From contig JBGUGD010000023.1 of the NCBI GenBank assembly GCA_041697335.1, forward strand, positions 64,001 to 128,000: a stretch of DNA of 64,000 nt, read 5' to 3'. This document shows positions 28,086 to 38,207 of the stretch, in pieces; position 1 is the first letter of the stretch; each line of letters begins with the position of its first letter. The notes under the pieces are model-generated. The model did not search any database. It saw nothing but the letters and a program-made list of their open reading frames with translations, and was not told the origin of the DNA. A program made the translations under genes and the position numbers. The stretch is from Vampirovibrionaceae bacterium NZW_1234 (GTDB lineage Bacteria; Cyanobacteriota; Vampirovibrionia; Vampirovibrionales; JAGQHJ01).

Positions 28086-28571
28086 ATGTTAGGTGCTATT
28101 GGCAGTGTGATTCGGACTGTCGTGTCGACTATTACGGGAGGAAGTTCCTCCTCATCGTCGTCATCACAGAACTCGTCATCGACTTCGTGGGTGTCTACAC
28201 CCCAGGTTCCGTTTTCATTTAATCTGAACCGCCCGAATGAGCAATCCAGGAATCAGGACAATCTGAATGGCGGGCAAAAAAAAGATGCGCCCATGGTTCA
28301 GGTGATTAAAGAACAGGAACAGCGCAAAGAAGAAGTAAAACAAAAGTTTCAGGCCAAAAAAGATCATATGATCCGTGACCTGTACTATCTGAAGATGCGT
28401 TTAGAGCAACCGGATCCGCGCGCTCAGGGGCGTGAAACCAACTTGCTCCGATATCAGACCAAAATGCGTGAAGCTGAATCGGCGCTAAAGACGATTAAAC
28501 TCTACATGCGTCCCGGTGAACTCCTGGATCCAACCAGTCGAATGATGGCCAACCAGCTTGGGCTGGCCTAA
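28086..28571 (+). CDS. hypothetical protein
   Basis: 161-aa ORF with a poly-Ser tract and coiled coil. Confidence 0.75.
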   Translation: MLGAIGSVIRTVVSTITGGSSSSSSSSQNSSSTSWVSTPQVPFSFNLNRPNEQSRNQDNLNGGQKKDAPMVQVIKEQEQRKEEVKQKFQAKKDHMIRDLYYLKMRLEQPDPRAQGRETNLLRYQTKMREAESALKTIKLYMRPGELLDPTSRMMANQLGLA

Positions 28572-28751
28572 AAATGGTATGTTAGTATTGCTATTGTAGT
28601 CGGTTTCCGTAATTCGTGATTCGGCTTGCCATTGGGCGACATGAGGGGGTATTAAATCCTTTAATTTGTCGGATAGGTATCTTAGAGCTGATGATCACAA
28701 TGGAATCCTGAAAGTCCATATCCTCTTTTTAATTACATCTGATTCGTTCTG

Positions 28752-30134
28752 TTACTCGAAACGCTCAGGTGGAAAGTCGGGCCAGGGATCTTGGTGATAA
28801 GTGCTGCGTTTCTGTTCGGGTATCTTCAAGCGCTCTTCCGCTGCTTGAACGGCCATTTGAAAGCCTTTCGTTGTCCAAAGTGCATGTATAATATTCCAGG
28901 ATATTTGGGGTTTGTTTTTAAGAAGCGGAATAGGCTTTGTCGCTTCTGCCCATTGCATGCGATATGCTTCGCACTCAGAGTAAAGCCGTGCAGAAAGAAC
29001 AACTCGAAGGTCTTCTAAGGGTAGACTATCGATGTAAGAGTGTTGGTACTCTTGAAAACTTTTATAGGTTTTTAGCTCCTCGTACGGAGTATTTAAGAAT
29101 GCTTTTAGATGAAGCCACTCTGAATAAGAGCTTAAGGCAAATCTTTCAGATTCTTTTGGCAAGGGTGGGAGATTATGAGACTCTCGATAGTCATTATAAA
29201 GTTTAGAACCTAAAGAATAGTTCTTTTTGTAATGTTCTCTTTTTATTGTGTTTTCAAATTTACTTTCAAGCTCTATATCAGTCATCGGAGATTGGGAAAT
29301 GATACGGAGCTTGTGATTAATCTCATGGACGAGAACACCGTAGGTTGCTGCAAATTCTCCTGGCGTTTGTAGTTTGTTAGGCAGGTATATGTGTATTTCA
29401 CCTAAATAATAGACGGGTCTCATTAGGTCATCTGAAGAATAGATCTTTTCCTTTTTGTCATAAACTGGATCCGACCAATCTACTTCATTGGTAAAGAAAC
29501 AATCGCCAAGCCGCTTTGATTCAAACCGAGTTTTATGCCAACCCTCTAGTGTAAACAAATAGAACCTTTTTGTAGGATTTTGGATGCGAAATCCCACAAA
29601 GCCTTGGGGGTGGATGTGTTTTTGGAAGGCCCGGTTAAAGATTTGTTCAGCTTCTGCTTGGGGAATTTCTTTGGGATTTTTTTTAATGAGGGCAAGCAAT
29701 TCCGGGAAAATTTCATCGGCGATGGCTTTGGTTTTTATGCGTCGTTTTTCGGGGGTCTCCAATCCCTTCGGTATTTTGAAGTCGCTGAGTTTGAGTAAGG
29801 GAAGGATACGGGGTTTGAAGTAAGGCGGTTGCTTTGCCCAGACTAATACCCGGTTGATGAGTTGTTTGAAAGCCCATATCGCATCAATAAATTTCTCTTT
29901 GATTTGTCCAAAAAAGCTCCAAACCGGTTGAAAAACACTTTTGCTCTGAAAAACCTTCTTCTCGGATGCAAATCGGGTAGAGGCGATGTGCTCCACGCGA
30001 CTGTTCTCAAAGCCATTGGCTTCGTTTAATGTGAGTCCAGCCTCAAAAACAGCTGAACGTGTTGAGGCTTGGCCTTGCAATAACCAAGAACAACCGTTTT
30101 TATGGTGCCAAAGACGATAAGGTTCAATCCGCAT
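28752..30134 (-). CDS. hypothetical effector-like protein with HExxH motif
   Basis: TRFASE N-terminal motif; LVHEINH and downstream ECEAY. Confidence 0.78.
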   Translation of the reverse strand: MRIEPYRLWHHKNGCSWLLQGQASTRSAVFEAGLTLNEANGFENSRVEHIASTRFASEKKVFQSKSVFQPVWSFFGQIKEKFIDAIWAFKQLINRVLVWAKQPPYFKPRILPLLKLSDFKIPKGLETPEKRRIKTKAIADEIFPELLALIKKNPKEIPQAEAEQIFNRAFQKHIHPQGFVGFRIQNPTKRFYLFTLEGWHKTRFESKRLGDCFFTNEVDWSDPVYDKKEKIYSSDDLMRPVYYLGEIHIYLPNKLQTPGEFAATYGVLVHEINHKLRIISQSPMTDIELESKFENTIKREHYKKNYSLGSKLYNDYRESHNLPPLPKESERFALSSYSEWLHLKAFLNTPYEELKTYKSFQEYQHSYIDSLPLEDLRVVLSARLYSECEAYRMQWAEATKPIPLLKNKPQISWNIIHALWTTKGFQMAVQAAEERLKIPEQKRSTYHQDPWPDFPPERFE

Positions 30135-30289
30135 ATTTAAAACGACAAGATGGTGTTGAAATACGGATTAGTACCATAGCAAAAATATGGTTTTGCAACA
30201 TATTGTCTTCACTCCTCCAAAATCAAAACCCCTGAAGGGAATTTTGTGCCAATTTATGGCAGGGGAGGACGCAATAATTAATACCTGTG

Positions 30290-32032
30290 TTATTTGGAGG
30301 GCTCGGTCGTGGTGGGGGAGTCTGGGGTCAGGGTAATGGCGTAGCCCAGGCGCTCCTGAATGTTTTTACCGGCTGGCGAATTCATCACCTTGATGTCTTT
30401 CCAGGGACGATCGGAGTTGAGGACCACAATCGTGTTCTGAAGATCCAGCTTGGGCCAACCATTTGAGCTGAGCAGCGTGCCCAATGCCTTCAGGGGACCG
30501 TTTGCTCGGCTGGGAGGTGTCAGAGCATCCAATGCATGGACGTTGTCCACCAGAATCATGTTGCCCGCCAGCGAATAGATGTCGTCCTCCTGCTTGATCG
30601 CGGCCTTTAAGAGCTTGGCTTCAATGGCTTCATGGCTTTTCAGTTCGTGCAGGTCGAGAGTAATGAGTTTATTGGGTCCCTGAAGTGTTTCCGACAGTTT
30701 TTGGGCCAACTTTCTTCCCTCGCCTGCCGAGCCGACAATACCGAGCTGGGTGGTCACAATCTGGGGGCCAAGTGACTGGCCGGGTAAATAACTTTTCCAG
30801 GTTTCAATGGCATTGGCCAGTGTCTCAGCAATGGTGTATTGGCCTCCTGAGTCTGGATGGGTTTGGTCGCCATGGCCCTTGAAATCCTGGGCTACGCTGG
30901 CTGCAACCGTTTGGGGGTTGATTTCCCGATATTTGCCCAATTGCTTTCGTGTCTTCAGCATTTCTTTGGCCTGGTGAACCTGAAACGTGTCTTTGGAGAG
31001 GAGCCGTTTTTCCAGGGCCAGGTTAAGCGCCCAGCTTTCGCCAAAGGTTTCGGGTTGATCCGAATGGAGCTTCGCCCCCACCAGACCGGCCAAGACGAGT
31101 TGATCGTTCGGGCTGTTGATCGCTGTGGCCAACAGGTTTACATAGCGAGGAGGACGCAACGCCGGGAAGCGGATGAACCCAAGTACCCCTGCTGCTTTGA
31201 TGACGGGGCTTTCATGTTTTATGGACTCCCGCAGAGCTCTTTTGAGCGATTCTTCGATGCCCGGCGTCATTTTGGCCAGGGGATCTGCGGCGAGATTCTG
31301 AAGCGCAAAGAGGACCATGGCTTTTTGTGCATCCGGGATGGGTTTTTCAAGGGTCTTCATCAAGGCCTGGGTTTGTTTGGCGTAGTCGATGGTAATGCGT
31401 TTCTTGGGCGTGGTCAGTGTACGGGCATACAGTCGGGGAAAGTCCGGGATTTGGCAGAGTCTTTCCAGGAGGCTCTCTGCTTGCTCGCGATTTGCTGCGT
31501 TTTTTCCTTTCAGCGCCTTGTGCAACACAGGAATATAGGCTTCCAGTGCTTTCAGATCAACGGAGCTGTGCGGGGCAAGATCTTCAGGAGAAATTTTGCT
31601 GACTTTCAGAAGGTTTTCCAGGTTCGGCTCCGTAAAGGGCACAAGATCCGCCGTTTGACGGTTCAGGGTATGGAGTCTGCTCTGAATCTGTAATTCCCGG
31701 CGCAGGCGTTCGCGTTCATCTTCCGGCACCGCGTCCGCGTCTTTAGAAGGTTTGGCGTCCGGTGTACTTTTCCAAGGATTTGCAGGGCGCGTGCCTGTAA
31801 ATAAACCAATGAGCCATTTGAAAGGGTACAACAGGGTATTCACCAGAACAGCAAGGGTTTTTTTGAAATCAGCAGACCAGGTTCTCTGTTTCTCGGCTTG
31901 CTTTTTCTCTCCAGATTCTGAACAAAATCGAACGGAAATCCTGGAGAAGCTGGATGCAGGCAGGCTTTTTGCTGGCGAAGCAGCCACGGGGCGTTGAGAA
32001 GGGACCCATGTGCGTATCAGTTCTAAAGGCAT
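30290..32032 (-). CDS. effector-like protein with HEAT-like helices and a degenerate ClpB-D2-type AAA+ domain
   Basis: VRFCSE; GSAGEGRK, ITLDLHE, ILVDN and LDLQNTIVVLNSD. Confidence 0.8.
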   Translation of the reverse strand: MPLELIRTWVPSQRPVAASPAKSLPASSFSRISVRFCSESGEKKQAEKQRTWSADFKKTLAVLVNTLLYPFKWLIGLFTGTRPANPWKSTPDAKPSKDADAVPEDERERLRRELQIQSRLHTLNRQTADLVPFTEPNLENLLKVSKISPEDLAPHSSVDLKALEAYIPVLHKALKGKNAANREQAESLLERLCQIPDFPRLYARTLTTPKKRITIDYAKQTQALMKTLEKPIPDAQKAMVLFALQNLAADPLAKMTPGIEESLKRALRESIKHESPVIKAAGVLGFIRFPALRPPRYVNLLATAINSPNDQLVLAGLVGAKLHSDQPETFGESWALNLALEKRLLSKDTFQVHQAKEMLKTRKQLGKYREINPQTVAASVAQDFKGHGDQTHPDSGGQYTIAETLANAIETWKSYLPGQSLGPQIVTTQLGIVGSAGEGRKLAQKLSETLQGPNKLITLDLHELKSHEAIEAKLLKAAIKQEDDIYSLAGNMILVDNVHALDALTPPSRANGPLKALGTLLSSNGWPKLDLQNTIVVLNSDRPWKDIKVMNSPAGKNIQERLGYAITLTPDSPTTTEPSK

Positions 32033-32144
32033 CTGAAAATTGTCCTTCGATTCGTATCGATCTGAATAACATGAACACACTGAATTTCAAAAGTTGCTAT
32101 CACTCCAGACCGTTTACGAGGACGGAGGATTGAATCGCAAGCCG

Positions 32145-34250
32145 TTATAAGTTACATTGTGCTCCTTCTTTGGACAGACGCTGGAGCAGGCACTCCAGCT
32201 CACGGCGTTTGGCCTTGTTTTCCTCGGAGGACGGTTGTTCATCGAGACGCTTTATTTCTTCGGAAACCGCTTTTTTCAGCGCTCCATTTTGACGGCAATG
32301 GATTTCACGATTCAGTTTATCCAGGTTCTCCTGAAGCGTTTGTGTTTCCCGGGCCAGGTCTTCCGGGCTAAAGAAATCTTTTTGGACCGATTTTTCAGAC
32401 TTCCCGTCCCGAACAAGTTCAGTCACATAATTTGTCCGGGGAATTTGCCGTTCGGGGGCAATGTCTTTCCCTGGCGGAGGGGTGCCGCTGGTACCTGATA
32501 CGACAATTTGAACGTGTCTGGTGACTTTCTTGCCCTGAGCCAGACAGTTGTACTGTATTTCCTTGTGAGCGGGTTTTGCAGAGACAGTATCCGGATTGGT
32601 ATTGAAGCCGACGGCCTTGAGGACGTCAAGCAACATGGTATGGTATGTTTGCTGAACGAGCAGGTCCTGATAGGCGCAATCTTGTTCGGTCGTCTGAGTG
32701 GCTTTGTCAATGATGTCTGGCGGGATCGGTTGATCCTTGCATGGCTTCTCCGGCGATGGCTGGCCGACCAGGGAAAGATGTCGTGAATAGGTGGCTTGAA
32801 GGTTTATTTGACCCATATTGAGATTGAAAGGGGTGGTCTCCGACCAGGTAGCCCCTGGTTTCCATGGGATGTCCCCAAAAAAAGTGTTCAGCCATTCCGT
32901 CATGACGCGTTGGCTGGATAAGGACTCGTTTATTGCACCCTCTGAATCGTCACATCGACAATAAAGCTGGGCATTATGATTCACCATTTCAAGGTTGGGA
33001 CTCGGCACCTCGACGGACAGGCTGGCTTGCCCGTTTTCATCCACCTGGCCGGTAACGTTGACGTCAGTCCTGCCCGCTGGATAGTTAAAGGATCCCTGGC
33101 AGGCGCCGCTGTATACATGGACCATATCAGGCAACATCACGGTTGCTTGACCTGTCACTTTTCCGGTGGACTTGTCCAACACCAGGGGAATCTCTCCCTG
33201 GGTTGGCCAGTTCGTTGTAACCGTTATAGGACAACCCTCGGGATATGCGGATAATTGGAAGTTGACGTCGCCTTTAAAGCGCAAGGTCATTTGGTCATTC
33301 AGGTTTTTATAGCGGTTTTGAGATTGATTTGTGTTGCGTTTGCCGTTATCAGACGGGTTGATTTTGACGGATACTTTGGGCACCGTCAGAACGGCCGAAT
33401 CTGCTGTTGTCATTCCGCTACGTCCATCGGGCAATTGCGCGGTCATTCGTGCCGTAATTCGGGTTTCGCCATGTTGTCGGGCACCGATAAAGGTTGTTTC
33501 TGCAGTGCCTCCTCGTATCGCTGCATTGATAGAGGAAAGATGGCCAACCTGGGGGTTGCTGCTTTCAAAGCGGACAATGCCGCTTGTGATTTCATATCCC
33601 CGTAAATCGGTAACATAGGCTGAAAATGGAGCTTTCCAGTCCTGGGTTAGTTTGAGTTCAGCTTTTTGGGGTTGGAGGTGGATGCAGTTTATGGCCGGTG
33701 CAAACGATTCCGCAATCTGATCGATGGCTTGGCCCAGTTGCCATTCCAAGTCATCCAACGATGTCAGCGGCAAGGTCGATTGAGCTACCTGGCCATTGCT
33801 GTCTATGGCGATTAGCTGGGTCTGGACTTGATACCCCCCTGGGCCACGAACCAGGCGACCCATCAGGCGGAATAGGGGGGTGATGTTTTTCGATGGTTTC
33901 GAACCCAGGCTGAATTCCATTCCCGTTTTGCCACCCATCTGTTTTTGCAGTTGCATCAGTTGGGTTTGGAGGTTTCCCGTGTCGTTTTCATCGAGGTCAC
34001 CGTCATCATTGAAGTCGCCCGGAGGTGGGTTGGTGATAACCACTTCCGAAAGGTTGGATTTGATCTGAGCACTCATGGTCCGTTGAGCCGCATCGACGTG
34101 ATGGGGCGGTAAAAGGCCGTTTGCCTCAAAACGGCCAAGCTCAATTCCAATAGGGCAATTGGGCAATGCATCTGCTGCGTGGGTCGGCAAAACCCACCCA
34201 TAGGATCCCAACAAACCTAATGACAAGGCAACGAACGCCCAATGTCGCAT
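32145..34250 (-). CDS. large exported Cys-containing protein, possible Ig-like domain
   Basis: Signal peptide ending THA|A; beta-rich middle region; GDFNDDGDLD loop. Confidence 0.82.
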   Translation of the reverse strand: MRHWAFVALSLGLLGSYGWVLPTHAADALPNCPIGIELGRFEANGLLPPHHVDAAQRTMSAQIKSNLSEVVITNPPPGDFNDDGDLDENDTGNLQTQLMQLQKQMGGKTGMEFSLGSKPSKNITPLFRLMGRLVRGPGGYQVQTQLIAIDSNGQVAQSTLPLTSLDDLEWQLGQAIDQIAESFAPAINCIHLQPQKAELKLTQDWKAPFSAYVTDLRGYEITSGIVRFESSNPQVGHLSSINAAIRGGTAETTFIGARQHGETRITARMTAQLPDGRSGMTTADSAVLTVPKVSVKINPSDNGKRNTNQSQNRYKNLNDQMTLRFKGDVNFQLSAYPEGCPITVTTNWPTQGEIPLVLDKSTGKVTGQATVMLPDMVHVYSGACQGSFNYPAGRTDVNVTGQVDENGQASLSVEVPSPNLEMVNHNAQLYCRCDDSEGAINESLSSQRVMTEWLNTFFGDIPWKPGATWSETTPFNLNMGQINLQATYSRHLSLVGQPSPEKPCKDQPIPPDIIDKATQTTEQDCAYQDLLVQQTYHTMLLDVLKAVGFNTNPDTVSAKPAHKEIQYNCLAQGKKVTRHVQIVVSGTSGTPPPGKDIAPERQIPRTNYVTELVRDGKSEKSVQKDFFSPEDLARETQTLQENLDKLNREIHCRQNGALKKAVSEEIKRLDEQPSSEENKAKRRELECLLQRLSKEGAQCNL

Positions 34251-34506
34251 TGTGATTCCAACTCAGATTAGACGGATATAGGAATGGCTCAATCTTATCA
34301 TGGGACCGGATCCCAGAACGAGGTCTCTGTTTCTCCAGGCTTTATCGGCGAAAATCCGGTCGCGTATTGGGACGTTTGTGTCTTGAACCCCGCTCAAACT
34401 CAACTGATGGGAGGGCCCGCTCGACGCAGGAAACACAGCCTTATCTCAATAGCACGCATTGTCCACTTCACCTCATCTTCGAGGAGAGTGGATGTTGGCA
34501 CAGGGC

Positions 34507-35745
34507 CTAGTTGAAGCTCATTTCGGTGCGGACCTGGTTGCGCTTGAGTTGGTTGGGGATGGGGGCGTAAGGCGCCGCATTTTCGATGGCTTGAACAACG
34601 GCCTGATCGATATCGGCATCCCCCGAAGATTGTTTGATCTGATAGCCCCGTAAATGGCCATCTTTATCCACGTTAAGGGATACCTTGACCCCATTGCCCA
34701 AGGATGCCGCAGGACGGATGAAATGGGTTTTTACCTTTTCATTGACGCCTTCCAGGTACTGTTCCTCATGGGGTGTGGATGAATTGATCTCAGGCTGACG
34801 GGTTGCAGCTTTTGCGCCACTGCCGTTTACCGTGTGGTTGTGCGAGTGCATGTGCCCCGTGGTGGCGGAGGCCACTTTGCGGCCTTGGGTGGTCACTGCG
34901 GCGTATAAATCCTGGCCACGCTGCCATTGGTTGCTGTACAACAGGCGAATAGCCTCAATGTCGTTGCGAGAAAGCTTGGCTTTGTAGTTGAAATATTCAT
35001 CCGCGGATTTCCAGTCGCGGCCGCTTCGCATAATGTCGTCATTATGCGGGCTGTGACCCGAGATGCCCAAGGCATGGCCGATCTCATGCATGATGTCGGC
35101 CTTGATAATCTGATCCGGCAGTTTGACGGTTTTAATCTCAATAGCCGCATGCCCGACGCTAAACGAGGTTTCGCCGGCCTGATCCTTGTCGGCAAACCCG
35201 GCTACCCAGCGGACGGTAATATTGGCATTGCCGGGGTTCTGTACCAATTCGTATTTCAATCGTCCACCCAGGGCGTTGGACCATTCATCCAGGCTTTCTT
35301 TCACAAATACCGGGTATTGTTTCTTGTAGAGCCGGGTTTCCTGGGGATGCGTTTCCACATACACCTTGAGGGGCTTGTTCAGCGTCCGGGTTAAATGAAA
35401 GGTGCGCACAGAGTCCCAGTTGGGATCAAAATCTTCCTGCAGGCTGCCGCTGGAATAGGTTTCCTCATCCTCGGCAGGGCGATAGGTGGGAACCATGCGA
35501 TTGTATTGCTGTAAAATCTCCTGGGCCGGTCGCTGATAGCTCTCTGCCGGTTGGGGCAGGCGACTGATGGCCAATTGCTGAATGGTATTCTTCGGGCCTT
35601 CATAGCGAATCAATCGGCTTGAGTTATGGGTAGAGCCGGTTTCATTCAACCAGTAAATCTTCTCGGCAAAAGCGGTTGGTATGGCAGATACTGCTAAATT
35701 TGCAAGCAGCAGCGCTGCAACCGCAACGCGTACGGCGCACTTCAC
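34507..35745 (-). CDS. matrixin-like (M10) metalloprotease with TonB C-terminal-like domain
   Basis: Signal peptide; HEIGHALGISGH plus DIM Met-turn; C-terminal SSGDADIDQA..AAPYAPIP. Confidence 0.88.
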   Translation of the reverse strand: MKCAVRVAVAALLLANLAVSAIPTAFAEKIYWLNETGSTHNSSRLIRYEGPKNTIQQLAISRLPQPAESYQRPAQEILQQYNRMVPTYRPAEDEETYSSGSLQEDFDPNWDSVRTFHLTRTLNKPLKVYVETHPQETRLYKKQYPVFVKESLDEWSNALGGRLKYELVQNPGNANITVRWVAGFADKDQAGETSFSVGHAAIEIKTVKLPDQIIKADIMHEIGHALGISGHSPHNDDIMRSGRDWKSADEYFNYKAKLSRNDIEAIRLLYSNQWQRGQDLYAAVTTQGRKVASATTGHMHSHNHTVNGSGAKAATRQPEINSSTPHEEQYLEGVNEKVKTHFIRPAASLGNGVKVSLNVDKDGHLRGYQIKQSSGDADIDQAVVQAIENAAPYAPIPNQLKRNQVRTEMSFN

Positions 35746-36310
35746 TCGTCACTAACTCCCTGATTACTTCTCTTCGTTACCCTCGATAGAGCTGTTACGA
35801 ATATAATAATTTGGATGGGTGATAGATACCTTCAACGCCAGGGGAATTTTGGTGTGGCAGAGGCTTCTTCCCTTGGGTTCAGGCTGTCTGTGTTGGATAT
35901 CGACCAGATATTGTCAAACTTGAATCTGCTGCAATGTGGATCCTCCCTCTTCCCGATATTCCTACCCTCTTCTGGTAAAAGTTAAGGCCCTAACAAGACT
36001 TTAGTGACTAAAGCGTTTTAGGGCCTTGAGATAGACGGAATACTGACTGCTTCAGTCGTTCCGTTCACTATTATGACGAGTGTCCTTGAATTCAATATCC
36101 TCTGGACAGCTGAGTTTTAATAAGAGATGAGAAATCATATATTAAATTTTGTTAACAGGATTGTTTTTTGGCGTGCTGTTTGGGTTTTAGGCTTTCGTTT
36201 TTATACTGGCTTCAATTTGTTTAGTATAATGGTTGAATCGAATGAATTTAGTTGTTTGCGATTTTGGTTTTGGTTGGGTTAGTGAACAAGATGGTGGGAG
36301 GATTCACATC

Positions 36311-36811
36311 ATGAAGGTTGTAACGCCTGCATTGCATGTTTCGGCTGGGATTAGCCGTCCCCGGTTTGGGTATATGACACAAGAGCAAGCTGCTGCGGTG
36401 TTAGAGATGCTGCATCCCAAAGACCGGGCCCGTGAACTGGTGGAAAAACTAGAGGACCTGGCCCGGCAGGAGTTCGGGTTTATGAGTCAGGAGCGTCGGG
36501 CCAACTTGACGGCGCAAAACGACAAAACCCAAAAAGAACTGCTCAAGGTTGTGAAAGAACCCGATTTTGGTAAAAAGGATGCCATTGAACTTTTGGCGTT
36601 TCTCTACAGCAATCGGGACACCTTAAAGCATGAGCTGAAGCCGGAAGTCTTTAAAGCCATTGAGGCCAAGGCAAAGTCGCGTGCGTCTTCGCCACCCCCG
36701 GTGGAAACCGAAATTCCAGAGGCCATTAAGAGACGATTGGGTATCCAGACCGGTGCCGTGACAGCGGAGCAGGTGCTCTCCCAGTTGGGGGTGCTGACAA
36801 ACCAGTCATAA
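36311..36811 (+). CDS. hypothetical protein (PRFG N-terminal motif)
   Basis: SD GGAGG upstream; terminator downstream. Confidence 0.8.
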   Translation: MKVVTPALHVSAGISRPRFGYMTQEQAAAVLEMLHPKDRARELVEKLEDLARQEFGFMSQERRANLTAQNDKTQKELLKVVKEPDFGKKDAIELLAFLYSNRDTLKHELKPEVFKAIEAKAKSRASSPPPVETEIPEAIKRRLGIQTGAVTAEQVLSQLGVLTNQS

Positions 36812-36882
36812 ATTGACATCGCGATATTGAGAGAGAGGTTAATCACGGTCATCCATAGACGTATCTAAGATAACCACAGGAC

Positions 36883-36912
36883 AGAGCAAGTGGAGGCTTG
36901 CTCTTCTTTTTT
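36883..36912 (+). terminator. intrinsic terminator
   Basis: AGAGCAAG/CTTGCTCT stem followed by a T tract. Confidence 0.65.
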
Positions 36913-37032
36913 ATGGGCTGCCTCTGGGTTACGGGATTTTTGCATTTTCAAAGAGATTCCCCGACTAGGGAAAATCACGCACTGAAAACTATTTCATACT
37001 AAGGCCAGGAAAAATAGGGATCAGGGGATGGG

Positions 37033-37398
37033 ATGATGCTGGCCCAGTGGACTCATCCGGTCACATGGCCGGAGGCCGCCTACCTGGTGATGGTCGTTTT
37101 TATCATTGCGCTCAATGCCGTGGTGCTTTTCGTGGCCCTCAGGCGCGCCAAGCTGGATGATCTGGAGTGTACCAAGTATGTTGTATTCACTCAGGATCCG
37201 TTTCCCAAAGATGTGCCGGAACCTGCTAAGCCTTTTTATTGTGAACTCAACTATGCCAAGGACCACGCCTTTTGGCGCGGTCTACGGCATCCGCGATTTG
37301 GAACCCACACCCGGTGGATGGGCGTGGTGCTATTAATCTGGTTGGTATGGCTGGTCGTGGTGTTCGGTGCTTTTTTCCGATATCACCTTAACTCCTGA
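37033..37398 (+). CDS. small membrane protein
   Basis: Two TM helices. Confidence 0.7.
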   Translation: MMLAQWTHPVTWPEAAYLVMVVFIIALNAVVLFVALRRAKLDDLECTKYVVFTQDPFPKDVPEPAKPFYCELNYAKDHAFWRGLRHPRFGTHTRWMGVVLLIWLVWLVVVFGAFFRYHLNS

Positions 37399-37411
37399 AC
37401 GCACCTGTCGC

Positions 37412-37690
37412 TTAGCACTGCTGATTCAGGCGTTCGCGCTCGGCCATAAAAAACTTGTGTGCCGCTCGAAAGCTGGGAATGTTGCTCAGGCTTTTGGGAA
37501 GTGCCTGATTGTTCCCATCCCCAATCGACATGCGATTTAAAAAGCCGGTCATGGCCTGATACACCGAGCCAAAGTTGTCATCTTTTTTGGACGAGCTTTT
37601 GTCTTTGTCGTCTTTATCTTTATCCGATGAGCCTTTGGATTTTTTGGAATACTTGTTTGGAAGTGCAAAAGATGCCATAAAAATGCCCAC
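37412..37690 (-). CDS. hypothetical Lys/Asp/Ser-rich protein
   Basis: 92-aa ORF with coding-like composition. Confidence 0.6.
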   Translation of the reverse strand: MGIFMASFALPNKYSKKSKGSSDKDKDDKDKSSSKKDDNFGSVYQAMTGFLNRMSIGDGNNQALPKSLSNIPSFRAAHKFFMAERERLNQQC

Positions 37691-37823
37691 GTGAAACCCC
37701 CCATATCTGTTCTTCGATTGTCCCCCATGCAGTCCACAAAACGTCCTGCATGAGCATAAAACCCAGCTTAAGATTTTTTTTGCTATTGTTTAAAAATTCA
37801 ATGACAGGTTTACATGAACAGCG

Positions 37824-37991
37824 TTACAGGGCAGCCTCCGTCACTCGTCGGCAATAGCCGGCCAGAATGTTTTGCAGTTCATACTCCAACAGTTTGAGAC
37901 GATAGGTGCTATCGTCCTCGTCGGCCTTGTCGGTTTGACTCAAAGACGACAACACCTGGATCAGTTGTTCATCGTCACGTGAAGTTCTCAT
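37824..37991 (-). CDS. 55-aa small protein (MRTSRDDEQL...VTEAAL)
   Basis: Translated by hand; SD AGGAG just upstream; below the ORF-track cutoff. Confidence 0.6.
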   Translation of the reverse strand: MRTSRDDEQLIQVLSSLSQTDKADEDDSTYRLKLLEYELQNILAGYCRRVTEAAL

Positions 37992-38207
37992 ACTTCTCCT
38001 CTCCTATGCGAATCAATTGAATTGTGTTATGGGAAGAAAAAACAGACATCGTTGGTGAATATCATTGTCCATAAACAATGTCCTGCGACCATACAGGATG
38101 TTCATGATTTTTTTAACACGTCTTTTTTAACACGTCTCGATGGCAAAACAATGATATTGCCGAGGGGTTGTCATCGGCATAAACCAGTGATATGGGTTGC
38201 AAAAGGG

